From positions 1 to 60,816 of the IMG/VR virus record IMGVR_UViG_3300007775_000010: a stretch of 60,816 bases of DNA, one strand, 5' to 3'. The translations under genes were made by a program, and so were the position numbers. Of the stretch, positions 17,871 to 26,738 are shown piece by piece (positions within the stretch are counted from its first letter, which is position 1; every line of letters begins with the position of its first letter). The notes under the pieces were generated by a model. It was not told the DNA's origin and made no database searches. It saw nothing but the letters and a program-made list of their open reading frames with translations. This DNA comes from a virus (Duplodnaviria; Caudoviricetes).

Positions 17871-18259
17871 GGCGGGTCCTGAGCGTCGATATGCATCCGG
17901 ATGGCGCCGCCCCCAGGCCGCGAGAACCGCAGCGTGTAGTGTCCCGGTGTGTCGGGCGTGAACCGCTGCACGCTGGACTGCCCCGCCGGGCTCGTAGCGA
18001 CCGGCCTGGCCGACGAGGCGAACTCCATGAACTCGAGCGGATCCCACGTCGGAGCGCCGCCGAGCGCCGAGTCGAGAGGCGCCCAGCCGAGCCCCCGCAC
18101 GTAGGCCTGCACCTCGACCTCGACTCCGACGGTGGCGACCTCACGGATGAACGGGTGGCCGTCGACTGGGTTCAGGCGAGATGGCCTGGTCCCACTTGCC
18201 GGGTCATCCCACGGGACGACCGAGATCCCAGAGGCGAAGCGCGCGTCGAAGTTGGGCAC
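17867..18259 (-). CDS. Ig/PKD-like small virion protein
   Basis: FTPDTPGHYTLRF; coupled to neighbours. Confidence 0.55.
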   Translation of the reverse strand: MPNFDARFASGISVVPWDDPASGTRPSRLNPVDGHPFIREVATVGVEVEVQAYVRGLGWAPLDSALGGAPTWDPLEFMEFASSARPVATSPAGQSSVQRFTPDTPGHYTLRFSRPGGGAIRMHIDAQDPP

Positions 18260-18264
18260 CGGAC

Positions 18265-19002
18265 CTACGCTCCGATCTGCGTGACGTCGATGTTCACGCC
18301 GATGGATCTGACCGCGAACTTGTTCGCGATCGCGTTGGTCCCGAACTCGCCGGCGAACTTGAGGTAGAAAACGTCCTCCTCGTTGAACGCGATCGAGAGC
18401 CCCGTCTGCTCGATCACATGCACACCGTCGTAGGCGCCCGGCGAAGCACTTGGATCCACCACGTTGAACAGCTGAGTCCACGACGCGATCTGAGCGTTGT
18501 GGTGGTAGGCGATGAGTCTCGGCATGGTGGACGGCAGCCCGCCTGCATGCGCCGAGCCCGCGTCCTTGTCGCCGATCACCGAGGCAAAGATCCGGGTAAT
18601 CGTTCCCATGGCGGGCCGGTTCACGATCGCGAGGCCAACGCCGCCGGTGCCTGCGATGGAGGTCTGCACCATCCACCCGGTGCCACCTCCGCTGAAGCCG
18701 TCGAGATCGAAATAGTCGAGTTCGTTGCGGAATGGGGCGAGCGGCTGTTTGTACGTGAGCGATCGGGTACTGAGCGCGGGCCAGTTGGCGCCGGTCCAGC
18801 CGATGCTGGAGTTGCTGAAGTCAATCGGGTTCGAAAACGTCCACTTGGCGCCCGAGACGCTCAGTGGGTTCGCCGTGACGTGCGCGCCGCCGCCCACAGC
18901 GTCGAGAGCGTTGGCGTGGTCGATGTCGAGCGCGTTCATCTGAGCGCTTGTGAGCTCCTCGAAAAGCGCCCAGCCCAGTGGGTTCACCCGCGTGAAGCTC
19001 AC
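18265..19002 (-). CDS. tail-fibre-base / minor tail protein
   Basis: N-terminal W...EELTSAQMNALD motif typical of fibre anchors; follows the baseplate genes. Confidence 0.6.
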   Translation of the reverse strand: MSFTRVNPLGWALFEELTSAQMNALDIDHANALDAVGGGAHVTANPLSVSGAKWTFSNPIDFSNSSIGWTGANWPALSTRSLTYKQPLAPFRNELDYFDLDGFSGGGTGWMVQTSIAGTGGVGLAIVNRPAMGTITRIFASVIGDKDAGSAHAGGLPSTMPRLIAYHHNAQIASWTQLFNVVDPSASPGAYDGVHVIEQTGLSIAFNEEDVFYLKFAGEFGTNAIANKFAVRSIGVNIDVTQIGA

Positions 19003-19361
19003 GTTACCCGCTTTCCGGCACGCACGCGCTCCACGATGCTGTCGAGCGGGTAGTAGTGCCCCATCGGATCACGAGCCATCCAGCGGGACCACCCCGTCCT
19101 GTCGGTGCGATCGCGCATCGTCACGGGGCGGCGCTTCGGGTCGATGACACGCACCCGGTCGCGGGTCAGGACGTACCCGCGGGAGTGGAGCTGCGCGATG
19201 CATCGCTCGAGCTGGCGTCGATCCTGCTGCTCGTGCCCGAACATCGCGAGCGCCCCAACGATCCCGTCCACCGTGAGCCCGTTGGGCGCCTGGGCCACCA
19301 CGTTGTAGACGCTCATCGCGATCGTGCTGTCCGGGAACTTGTGGGGCAGGGGTGCGGTCAT
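18999..19361 (-). CDS. hypothetical protein with a winged-helix-like pattern
   Basis: NGLTVDGIVGAL...QLERCIAQLHSRGYV; ATGA and GTGA coupling. Confidence 0.55.
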   Translation of the reverse strand: MTAPLPHKFPDSTIAMSVYNVVAQAPNGLTVDGIVGALAMFGHEQQDRRQLERCIAQLHSRGYVLTRDRVRVIDPKRRPVTMRDRTDRTGWSRWMARDPMGHYYPLDSIVERVRAGKRVT

Positions 19362-20068
19362 GTGCCAAACCCCGTGATGTCCATCGGGGACAGGTCGAGA
19401 ATAAAGCCCACGCTCGAGATGACGCGAAACTCCGTCCAGCTCGAGAGCACGTCGGCGAGGTAGTCCTTGACCAGATCGATGATGCGCGCGTCGTCGGCCG
19501 TGGGCACACCACCGGTCGCGCTGAGGTCGAACAGGACCACGACGTCGAAACTCGTCGAGTAGTTTGGTGTGATCGTCGACCTGCGTCCGCCTCCGTACGG
19601 CTCGAGCCCGTCGAGATCCTCGAACGCGCGCCCCTCGTAGGTCGTTTCGACCTGGTCCCATGGGATATCCAGGATCGACAGCCGAGGGTCGATCGCCGTG
19701 AGCTCGTCGCTGAGGGCCGGCATGCTGGCCGGAACCTCGAACGTGTAGCGTCTCGTCGCCTCCGCTCGGCGCTCCTCGTCGTTCGCCCCCTGCGGCACCG
19801 GAATGCCGAGCAGCCACTCGTAGTAGGGGAGCAGGCTCGTCGCACGGTTCGGAAACGCCTCGACTAGCGCGCGATCGCTGAACGCCTCGAGGGCGGCCAT
19901 CGCTCGGGCCCTCGCTTGTCGCCACAGCGCGTCGATCGATTCCTCCTCGTCGATCGCGACGCCGCCGATCCCGGGCGCCTTACGCAGAAAGTCGTAGTGC
20001 TTCTCGACGAGCGTGCGGCCCCCGCCGAACTGGAGGGGCCAAGGGTTGTGCCAACCGAATCCCCCCAC
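19358..20068 (-). CDS. baseplate wedge protein (Mu gp48/DUF2313-like)
   Basis: FPNRATSLLPYYEWLLGIP...EERR motif; downstream of baseplate J. Confidence 0.75.
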   Translation of the reverse strand: MGGFGWHNPWPLQFGGGRTLVEKHYDFLRKAPGIGGVAIDEEESIDALWRQARARAMAALEAFSDRALVEAFPNRATSLLPYYEWLLGIPVPQGANDEERRAEATRRYTFEVPASMPALSDELTAIDPRLSILDIPWDQVETTYEGRAFEDLDGLEPYGGGRRSTITPNYSTSFDVVVLFDLSATGGVPTADDARIIDLVKDYLADVLSSWTEFRVISSVGFILDLSPMDITGFGT

Positions 20069-20071
20069 GGA

Positions 20072-20608
20072 TCACCAAATCGCCACGAAGAACGGCGCGT
20101 CCACGAGAGCCCAGTCGGTGCTACTGCCAACGACCCAGGACAGCGTTTGGACCGTGATCCGGATCAAGCCTGCAGGCGGAGCTAGGTTGATGGCGTGCCA
20201 CGCCTGGTGCAGTGTGTTCAGCGGGGGAGCGACAGGGATGGCATCGGCGAACCGGGCACCGATGACGAGCGGCTGCAGATCTCCGTTCTCGTCCGGATAC
20301 TCCGCCTGATAGTCGACCGTGTACACTCCGACCCCGGAGCGAGCCACGATCGGCGGCGTGTAGGGGGACGTTTGGATGTCGTCGGGGTTCCAGCTTTCTC
20401 CGCGCGCGGCGATCGCGACGTCGGGCCCGGCGACAATATCGGTAGCGAGCCACGCCCGCGCTCCGGCGGCGCTCGCTCCCGCCACCTGGTGAAAGAGCAG
20501 GTGGCCAATGCTCGCGTCGAGATCTCGCTCAGGATCACGAACCGGGCGCGTATTGACAGGCTTGGGGCCGAAGTCGGAGCGGGAGCTGCGAACAGGGAAT
20601 CCGGACAT
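20072..20608 (-). CDS. baseplate-region hypothetical protein
   Basis: GAGG RBS; RSGVGVYTV beta motif. Confidence 0.65.
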   Translation of the reverse strand: MSGFPVRSSRSDFGPKPVNTRPVRDPERDLDASIGHLLFHQVAGASAAGARAWLATDIVAGPDVAIAARGESWNPDDIQTSPYTPPIVARSGVGVYTVDYQAEYPDENGDLQPLVIGARFADAIPVAPPLNTLHQAWHAINLAPPAGLIRITVQTLSWVVGSSTDWALVDAPFFVAIW

Positions 20609-20615
20609 GGGTGCC

Positions 20616-22205
20616 TCAGGTCAGGTGATAGACGCCCAGCTTGCCGAGCGTGAGCATGTTGGGGCCGTCGATCGGATCGGCCGGAATACTCGGAGTCTCG
20701 AGCGAGATGGACGCGAGGTAGGCGCCGGCGAGCGCCGAGCCGAGCCCGTCGCCGATCCAGCTCACGATTGGGTGCCCTGCGCGTGAGCGCCACTCGTCGC
20801 CCGGCTCTGGCCGTCTGAACGCTTGCCCCCCGCGGGACGTCGCCCCGAGGTCGAGGATCTCGCCCGGACCCAGCGAGTCGAAGTAGTCCTGCGCGGCCTG
20901 GGCGACGACGTTGCGGCGCGCCATGTCGGGACTGATGATGTCGTTGACGGCGATGGGGGGCTGTGGCCCATTGGCAAGCACAACGTCGAAGTCCCCCGCA
21001 CCGCCCGCTCCGCCAACGCGCGTAACAGATCCGACCTTGAGCTGTTTCCACGCGCCTGCCGCTTCGTCCCACACCATCAATGACGGTTGCGACCCTCCGG
21101 AAAGCGACGCGACGTTTCCAGGCAGTCCGGTATCGGCGCTCACCCTGAAGTTCTGCTGGTCCGTCACCGTCGTTACGACCGCACTCGACGTGACGAATCC
21201 TGGCCATGGCTCCCGATCAGCCCACCCGGCGAGGCTCGACGTTGGCAGCGCGAGCCGCACCGCGAGGTCCGAAGGCTCTGGGCTCACCGTCGTAACCACC
21301 ACTCGAACACGCGGCGGGATAACGGGCGACCCTGGCGGCACGAGATATCCCGTGACTGCGGTGAGCGCCGTGAGTCCGGCGATACGAGCGAGTGGACCGG
21401 GCACGTTTGCTCGTTTCTGCGTGATCGCCACGAGGAATGAGCCGGATCCGAAAGTGCACGGGTAGACGAACGCTTCCTCGACGGCGTTAGACGCCTGACG
21501 CGCGAACGCGCGCACTTGGGCGGGGTTGCCGATGCCGGGCTTCTTCTTCACGCGGGCGTGCACACGATCGGAGAACTCCGCGTCGGTCTCGGCGCCTGTG
21601 CCACCGGTGAACTGGGCTGCTGCGGTCGCCTTCGGCTGTGCGCCTGCTGGCGGGTTCGACCACGTGAGCTCCGTTCCGGCGTCGATGTTGGTCGACTCGC
21701 CGGTATCGATGCACTTCAGCGTGAGCGTCGCGACGCCTTGCGCGTCCGCCTGTCCGCCCACGAGTACCTGAAAGCGGTTTCCCGCTTGGTCGGTAGCCAC
21801 ATGAGCGAGCGGGTCCGGGACCGTAGTGGACCCCAGGAACGTCGTGCCGGGCGTCGCTGCAGCCGTAACCAGGCCGCTACCGCCCGTGCCAGGGAGCGGC
21901 GTTTCTTCCCACAGATTGCCATGCAAGTCGCGCAGGGCGCGCGAGCTGGCCCGGTCCAGACGAAACTGATTGGCCGTGTACTCGGCGCGGCGCTGGATCG
22001 CCATGCCTTCCAGGTCGATCGCGTCCGCCTCCCGATAGAAGCGCGAGCCGGGCGCCGTAATCCGTCGGATCGTGTCCTCGGTGATCGTCTGGCCGGTGCC
22101 GGGGTCGATCTTGCCGCGGAGTCCGATCCGGAAGTAGCGCAGCATGTCCTCGCGCAGCTGGCCACGCGCGAACACCACGAACTGCCGCTCAGTCGGACGC
22201 GTCAC
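20616..22205 (-). CDS. baseplate J-like protein (Mu gp47 family)
   Basis: G..TN..AGTELT...FTGGTGAETDAEFSDR...GN; VEEAFVYP. Confidence 0.85.
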   Translation of the reverse strand: MTRPTERQFVVFARGQLREDMLRYFRIGLRGKIDPGTGQTITEDTIRRITAPGSRFYREADAIDLEGMAIQRRAEYTANQFRLDRASSRALRDLHGNLWEETPLPGTGGSGLVTAAATPGTTFLGSTTVPDPLAHVATDQAGNRFQVLVGGQADAQGVATLTLKCIDTGESTNIDAGTELTWSNPPAGAQPKATAAAQFTGGTGAETDAEFSDRVHARVKKKPGIGNPAQVRAFARQASNAVEEAFVYPCTFGSGSFLVAITQKRANVPGPLARIAGLTALTAVTGYLVPPGSPVIPPRVRVVVTTVSPEPSDLAVRLALPTSSLAGWADREPWPGFVTSSAVVTTVTDQQNFRVSADTGLPGNVASLSGGSQPSLMVWDEAAGAWKQLKVGSVTRVGGAGGAGDFDVVLANGPQPPIAVNDIISPDMARRNVVAQAAQDYFDSLGPGEILDLGATSRGGQAFRRPEPGDEWRSRAGHPIVSWIGDGLGSALAGAYLASISLETPSIPADPIDGPNMLTLGKLGVYHLT

Positions 22206-22642
22206 AAGCCCGGGATCCTCTGCTCGAGGTCCTGCCCGGTGCGGAGGTTGCGGAACCGGATCCCGGCCACCGCGTGATCGTCGCGTCCGGTGTCCCTCGG
22301 CTCGAGGACCACGCCCGTGAGGCGCACGTCGCCGGCGTCGAGCAGGTGGCGCACGGCCTCCTCGGCGAGCGATAGCGCCGTGGCCTCGTCCAGCTCATCC
22401 TGGTGGCGCAGGGTCCGGAACGAGTGCCCGTGGTTGCGGGCGACGGCGCCGGTGTTCCGCTCGACCGTAAAGGTCAGCTGCACCGCGGCATCGGTGGGCT
22501 CGGCGCTATCGATCAGGCTCGCGTAGTCTCCCGTGGCCGGATCGATCAGGTCCGCGAGGATTACGGGCGGCTCCTGCGAGGGGACGTGCGGGTTTGGGAG
22601 ATACGCCGATGCGGGGGACGTTCCGCCAGGCGGGACGGGCAT
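22202..22642 (-). CDS. baseplate wedge / sheath initiator (Mu gp46/gp25-like)
   Basis: Directly upstream of baseplate J; AEEAVRHLLDAGDV motif. Confidence 0.65.
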   Translation of the reverse strand: MPVPPGGTSPASAYLPNPHVPSQEPPVILADLIDPATGDYASLIDSAEPTDAAVQLTFTVERNTGAVARNHGHSFRTLRHQDELDEATALSLAEEAVRHLLDAGDVRLTGVVLEPRDTGRDDHAVAGIRFRNLRTGQDLEQRIPGL

Positions 22643-22649
22643 GCGGGCG

Positions 22650-22679
22650 ACGGTATGTCCACAGGATCGCTACTGCGAA
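22650..22679 (-). promoter_or_regulatory. putative leaderless late promoter restarting baseplate transcription after the accessory insert
   Basis: TTCGC-N19-TACCGT-cgcccgc-ATG. Confidence 0.6.
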
Positions 22680-22728
22680 TTTGGCCCCCTTGGCACACTT
22701 GGCGCCGACGCAGTACGTTTCGGCTGCA

Positions 22729-23697
22729 GTGCATAAGAAAGCCATTCTTATGGCGGCCGCGCTGGTCGCCTGCGGTGAGGACTTTAGCGGTGGGTCGCCC
22801 GATGCGAGCCACCCGCTCACCCCCACGGGTGATGCCGCAGATGCGCAGGCCCGGGCGACCGGCGGCGTGCGCTCGGATGCGGGCGTGGCGGCGACTGGCG
22901 GGCGCGCAGACGCAGCGATATCCGCGGGGGGAGCGGAGCCCATCGCATCCGGCGGCGCGCATACGGGCGGAACATCGAGCGGTGGACGGGCAACGGGAGG
23001 TCAGGGAGGCAGCGTCCCGGACGCGGGAAGCGACGCGGCGCCAGGAGCGGGGGGTATTCGGGAACTGGATTCAGGTGATGGCGGGACTATCGCGAGCGGG
23101 GGTGCCGACGTCGGCGCTGGCGGCAATTCGTCGGGCGGTGCGGAGACGGGCGGCGAAGGAAGCGGCGGTGAGTCGAGTAGTTGCGCTGGTCCGCTTCCAG
23201 GCGGCAATGGAATCTGCGACGACGAGTGCCCGGTCGAACCTCCGACGTCCGGCAACGGTGGAACCTACTGTGAGATCCTGGACCATTGCGACGCAGAGAC
23301 GGCTATCGACTGGCCTACCGGATCACCGGACTATGACTGGGCGGACGTGCTACCTACGACCAGCAGCCGCCACGTAGGCGCCGTCTTTCTGCCGTCCGGA
23401 TTGTGTGCCCGCTACACCTCCTCGGGGAGCCGCACATTCATCCACAACGAGGACGGGGAACCGAGATTGGCTGACTGCAACGCCGCCGGAGAGGGCGAGT
23501 CGTGCATCGTCGTGACTTCGAGCGACGAGATCGTGGCCGGCCAATTCCTCTCGCCACGGTGCTCGAGCAACCGGCCCGAGGCTACCCGCTGCGAGTGGAT
23601 CCTCGTGGTGACGCCGGCGGGAGCGCCCAGGGGCTGGGTGATGGCGGAGTCGCGGCCGTTGCGGAGTGACGGGAGCTGTCCCCTCAGCTGCCCATGA
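22729..23697 (+). CDS. accessory (moron) lipoprotein with a Gly/Asp-rich linker and a Cys-rich C-terminal domain
   Basis: MHKKAILMAAALVA-C lipobox; DAG/GG linker; multiple Cys; antisense to the flanking tail genes. Confidence 0.75.
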   Translation: MHKKAILMAAALVACGEDFSGGSPDASHPLTPTGDAADAQARATGGVRSDAGVAATGGRADAAISAGGAEPIASGGAHTGGTSSGGRATGGQGGSVPDAGSDAAPGAGGIRELDSGDGGTIASGGADVGAGGNSSGGAETGGEGSGGESSSCAGPLPGGNGICDDECPVEPPTSGNGGTYCEILDHCDAETAIDWPTGSPDYDWADVLPTTSSRHVGAVFLPSGLCARYTSSGSRTFIHNEDGEPRLADCNAAGEGESCIVVTSSDEIVAGQFLSPRCSSNRPEATRCEWILVVTPAGAPRGWVMAESRPLRSDGSCPLSCP

Positions 23698-23720
23698 CGT
23701 CATGAGTTCATGAACTCATG
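23693..23720. repeat. nested palindromes: CATGACGTCATG plus the perfect 20-bp CATGAGTTCATGAACTCATG
   Basis: Read directly; CATG recurs every 8 bp (23693, 23701, 23709, 23717). Confidence 0.9.
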
Positions 23721-24234
23721 GCGCCGCGACGATCTGCTTCGCGGCAACGGGTGCGGAGCCGATCTGCCGCTCCACATCCGCCTGGGCGAGCGCGAGCAGC
23801 TTGTCGTCGGGGTCGCGCATCTTCTCGGCTTCGACCATCTCGGTCTGGTGCATGGCGTCAACAGCGTCGTTGATGGCCTCAGCGTCCTCGCTCTGGTCGG
23901 CCCAAAGGCGCTCGAGCGTGTGGGCGTGGCTGACATACCTGGGCAGAATGGACGCCGCGGTGCGGATCCGGTCCGGAAGCCCGAACACCTGGGCTGACAC
24001 CCCCACGAACGCCGAGACGAGTCCCACCGCGATGGCCACGTTCGTGCTTTCCATCGCCTTGACCGCCGTGATGACTCCAGCCGACGCCAGCAGCGCCGCC
24101 GTCACTCGCAGGGACGTGTCGATGGCCTCATAGCGCCGGATCAAGCGCTGGTAGTACCGGACGTTCATTCGGGCGGTCAGAGCGCTGTGCCAAAGCACTT
24201 CGCGCGGTGTGGCCGTCCGGTCGGTATGCAGCAT
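23716..24234 (-). CDS. SLATT-like two-TM effector protein
   Basis: N-terminal helix (NVRYYQRL), two adjacent TM helices, helical C-terminal tail (LERLW). Confidence 0.6.
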   Translation of the reverse strand: MLHTDRTATPREVLWHSALTARMNVRYYQRLIRRYEAIDTSLRVTAALLASAGVITAVKAMESTNVAIAVGLVSAFVGVSAQVFGLPDRIRTAASILPRYVSHAHTLERLWADQSEDAEAINDAVDAMHQTEMVEAEKMRDPDDKLLALAQADVERQIGSAPVAAKQIVAAP

Positions 24235-24246
24235 GACCGCAGTCTA

Positions 24247-24408
24247 TCACCCTTTCTTCGGAGGGGCAGGGTTCGGGGGCGGGCGTGGCGGCGCAGGGGC
24301 GAAGGGTTTGCCTGGTTGGTATGCGTCTGGTAGCGGCACCCATGGCGGATTGCGCAGCGGTATCACGGGCGGTGGGGGCTTCGGGGGCGGCTTCTTCGGG
24401 TCGCTCAT
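24247..24408 (-). CDS. proline-rich small peptide (53 aa)
   Basis: MSDPKKPPPKPPPP...AYQPGKP...PPKKG directly upstream of the SLATT-like gene. Confidence 0.55.
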   Translation of the reverse strand: MSDPKKPPPKPPPPVIPLRNPPWVPLPDAYQPGKPFAPAPPRPPPNPAPPKKG

Positions 24409-24489
24409 CTGCGGCGTGACGGGTAACCCGGCTCGGGGCAAGCTGCCATACCGTTCGTCCGCACAGTGTGTACGTGGCACCCACAAACG

Positions 24490-24804
24490 CTACGTCGCCG
24501 CATCCAACGGACAGAACAAGCTGGGAGGCGTGGGCAAGGGTGGGGGCCCGACGGACGGCAGAGCTGGAGCGGCAAGGGAGAACCCCAGCGCCGGGACGCC
24601 GGGCAGCGATGGCAGCTGGGGCGGCGTGGGCAAGGGTGGGGGCCCGACGGACGGCAGAGCTGGAGCGGCAAGGGAGAACCCCAGCGCCGGGACGCCGGGC
24701 AGCGATGGCAGCTGGGGAGCGCTCGGAAGCGCCGGGAGACCTAGCGGAGGGAGCGCGGGCGGTGTCAGTTGGAACTCGAGCGACGGAAACGAGCACAGCG
24801 ACAT
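24490..24804 (-). CDS. Pro/Leu-rich protein following the baseplate spike
   Basis: Starts immediately after the spike stop; Cys near both ends; contains a 32-aa duplication. Confidence 0.6.
   Translation of the reverse strand: MSLCSFPSLEFQLTPPALPPLGLPALPSAPQLPSLPGVPALGFSLAAPALPSVGPPPLPTPPQLPSLPGVPALGFSLAAPALPSVGPPPLPTPPSLFCPLDAAT
24527..24717. repeat. perfect 96-bp tandem duplication
   Basis: 24527-24621 is identical to 24623-24717. Confidence 0.92.
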
Positions 24805-24805
24805 G

Positions 24806-25612
24806 TCACTTCACGCTCGTCTTCGTGGCGGCCATCGCGGTCTTGGTGGCCGCCTGTGCGGCGACGAACGTGTTGACGACGCCCAGGTTCACTCCTGGGC
24901 TTGCTGCTAGCTTTGCGTCCAGCGCTGTGGCGAGGGTTATGAGCACCTGCTCGAGTGCCGAGAGGTATGTGGTGACGCTCGGAGCAATCGCCGCCGGCAG
25001 CGCCCCAACCGGATCTCCGATCGTAGCCCCACCATTGATCACTGTATTGCCGTTCACGACGACCCCAGAGTCGCCGACCTCGAGGTAGGCGTCGCCGGCC
25101 TTGTTCTTCACGATCGCCGAGCCTGCAGCGTTGAGCATCACGCCATGCCCATCGGCGTGCAGGACCGAGATGCTCTCGTTGCCAGCGGTCGGATCGATCG
25201 TGATAACATGCGCCTTCTGCGGCACGCCCTGACTGTCGAGTGCATACGGCACATAGAAAGTCTGGAGCGTCGTTCCCTCGGGCGTCTCCGTCATCGAGTG
25301 AAAGCCGCCCCCGTAGTGCACCCACGCGAACTCGCCCTCTTTGGGGTTGGGGAACTTCTCCTGCAGCCGGCGATCGCGGTAGGCGATGTGCGCGTAACCG
25401 TCGCCGCGCCGCGCTGCGATCGACTCGGTGTGCGCTTCGCCCTCGGGAGGCTTCGGGCGCCCAATCATCCCAAGCGCCGAAAACATCTCCTGGCCTATGT
25501 CCTCGCCGCCCAGTCCCTCGGAGCCGAGCAACACTGCCCGCGTCGCGTCCGACACGGCGGAGCTTACGACCTTGAGGAATGCGAACACGTCGTCGAACAC
25601 GTCGTCGAACAC
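24806..25612 (-). CDS. baseplate spike/assembly protein (Mu gp45-like)
   Basis: LGMIGRP...DRR...PKEGE pattern; follows the gp44-like hub. Confidence 0.75.
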   Translation of the reverse strand: MFDDVFDDVFAFLKVVSSAVSDATRAVLLGSEGLGGEDIGQEMFSALGMIGRPKPPEGEAHTESIAARRGDGYAHIAYRDRRLQEKFPNPKEGEFAWVHYGGGFHSMTETPEGTTLQTFYVPYALDSQGVPQKAHVITIDPTAGNESISVLHADGHGVMLNAAGSAIVKNKAGDAYLEVGDSGVVVNGNTVINGGATIGDPVGALPAAIAPSVTTYLSALEQVLITLATALDAKLAASPGVNLGVVNTFVAAQAATKTAMAATKTSVK

Positions 25613-25613
25613 G

Positions 25614-26738
25614 TCACAGCCTCCACGAGCCGGGCGGTACGATGGTCAGCGAGGACTTGGCGCCCATGTGGGGGTCGAGCCGCAGCTGAGTCGCCTCCAC
25701 GTAGTAGCGGCCAACGGCGCCGCCATGGGTCTCGACGAGGATGTCGCACACGGTGTCGGGAGCGTACGGGATGAACTCCCTCCCGTCGCGAAAGCTGAGC
25801 CCGTCGGCCTCGATCTGCCACGAGTCGAGCGACCTCGAGCGCTGCCCCATCTCTCGTCGAGCTCGGCGCGCGGCCAGCTCCTCGGTGCGGATCGACTCGT
25901 CGATGATCAGGACCGGGCGGATGAAACCGAGATTCGTTAGATCCTCGTTCGCCTCGACCGACTGGAACTGAGCCTTGCTGAACTCGGTGCCTCCACCCTG
26001 GCCGAACACGCCGAGCAGTGTCGCGGCCGTGCCGATGTCCTGCGTTCGGTTCACCGAGAGCACGTTGTTCTGAGCGCCCTCACCGCGAAGCAATCGCAAG
26101 TAGTAGAGCGGATCCTGTTCATCGTCGGGCTCTCCGACAACGATCTTACCGTCCGGACCATCCCAATGCATGAAGCCATGGCGGCGCAGGTGACGGTCGA
26201 CGGCCGCGTGCACCGTTTCTGGCGCCCGCACTCGTGCCTGATCGACCTTGATCGGTTCCAGGTCAGTCGGTGAGCGCCCGCCCTTGGTTGCCCTGCCTGT
26301 GATGAGATCGCGAGCCACGTCCGCCTCGAAAACGAAGTCGCTCTCCGTTGCGCCGATCGTGCGATAGACCGCGAGAATGAAGTCTTTGATGCTCGTCTCC
26401 TCGACGCGCACCGCGGGGTCGGCGCTCACGACCATCGCCTCACTTAGGAACGTGCGGACGATAAACTGCACGACCGAGGCTCGAAATGCGTCTGCCGGCG
26501 ACTGCCGCGTGTGCACCTTGCCGCCCAGGCGGGGCTTGTCGTTGACATAGACCTTGAAGCGGCTCCCGAGCCTCGTGAGCTCCTCGAGGGCGTTGTAGGT
26601 CCCGGCGTCGCCGACCTCAAAGCTCGCATGGCTCCCGCCGATCATCGTGTTGCGGAGCTCGAACGACGTCCACGCATCGAACACGCTGCCGTTTTGGTCG
26701 ACGGCCTCGAGCGTAACGCGGTCGACTGGAACGGGCAT
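25614..26738 (-). CDS. baseplate hub protein (Mu gp44/gpP-like)
   Basis: FDAWTSFEL..., GFMHWDGPDGKIVVGEP, NNVLS, ARRARREM. Confidence 0.8.
   Translation of the reverse strand: MPVPVDRVTLEAVDQNGSVFDAWTSFELRNTMIGGSHASFEVGDAGTYNALEELTRLGSRFKVYVNDKPRLGGKVHTRQSPADAFRASVVQFIVRTFLSEAMVVSADPAVRVEETSIKDFILAVYRTIGATESDFVFEADVARDLITGRATKGGRSPTDLEPIKVDQARVRAPETVHAAVDRHLRRHGFMHWDGPDGKIVVGEPDDEQDPLYYLRLLRGEGAQNNVLSVNRTQDIGTAATLLGVFGQGGGTEFSKAQFQSVEANEDLTNLGFIRPVLIIDESIRTEELAARRARREMGQRSRSLDSWQIEADGLSFRDGREFIPYAPDTVCDILVETHGGAVGRYYVEATQLRLDPHMGAKSSLTIVPPGSWRL

Noticed and set aside
24527-24717. Possible diversity-generating retroelement TR/VR pair
   Set aside because: The copies are adjacent and identical, with no adenine-specific mismatches, and no reverse transcriptase was found
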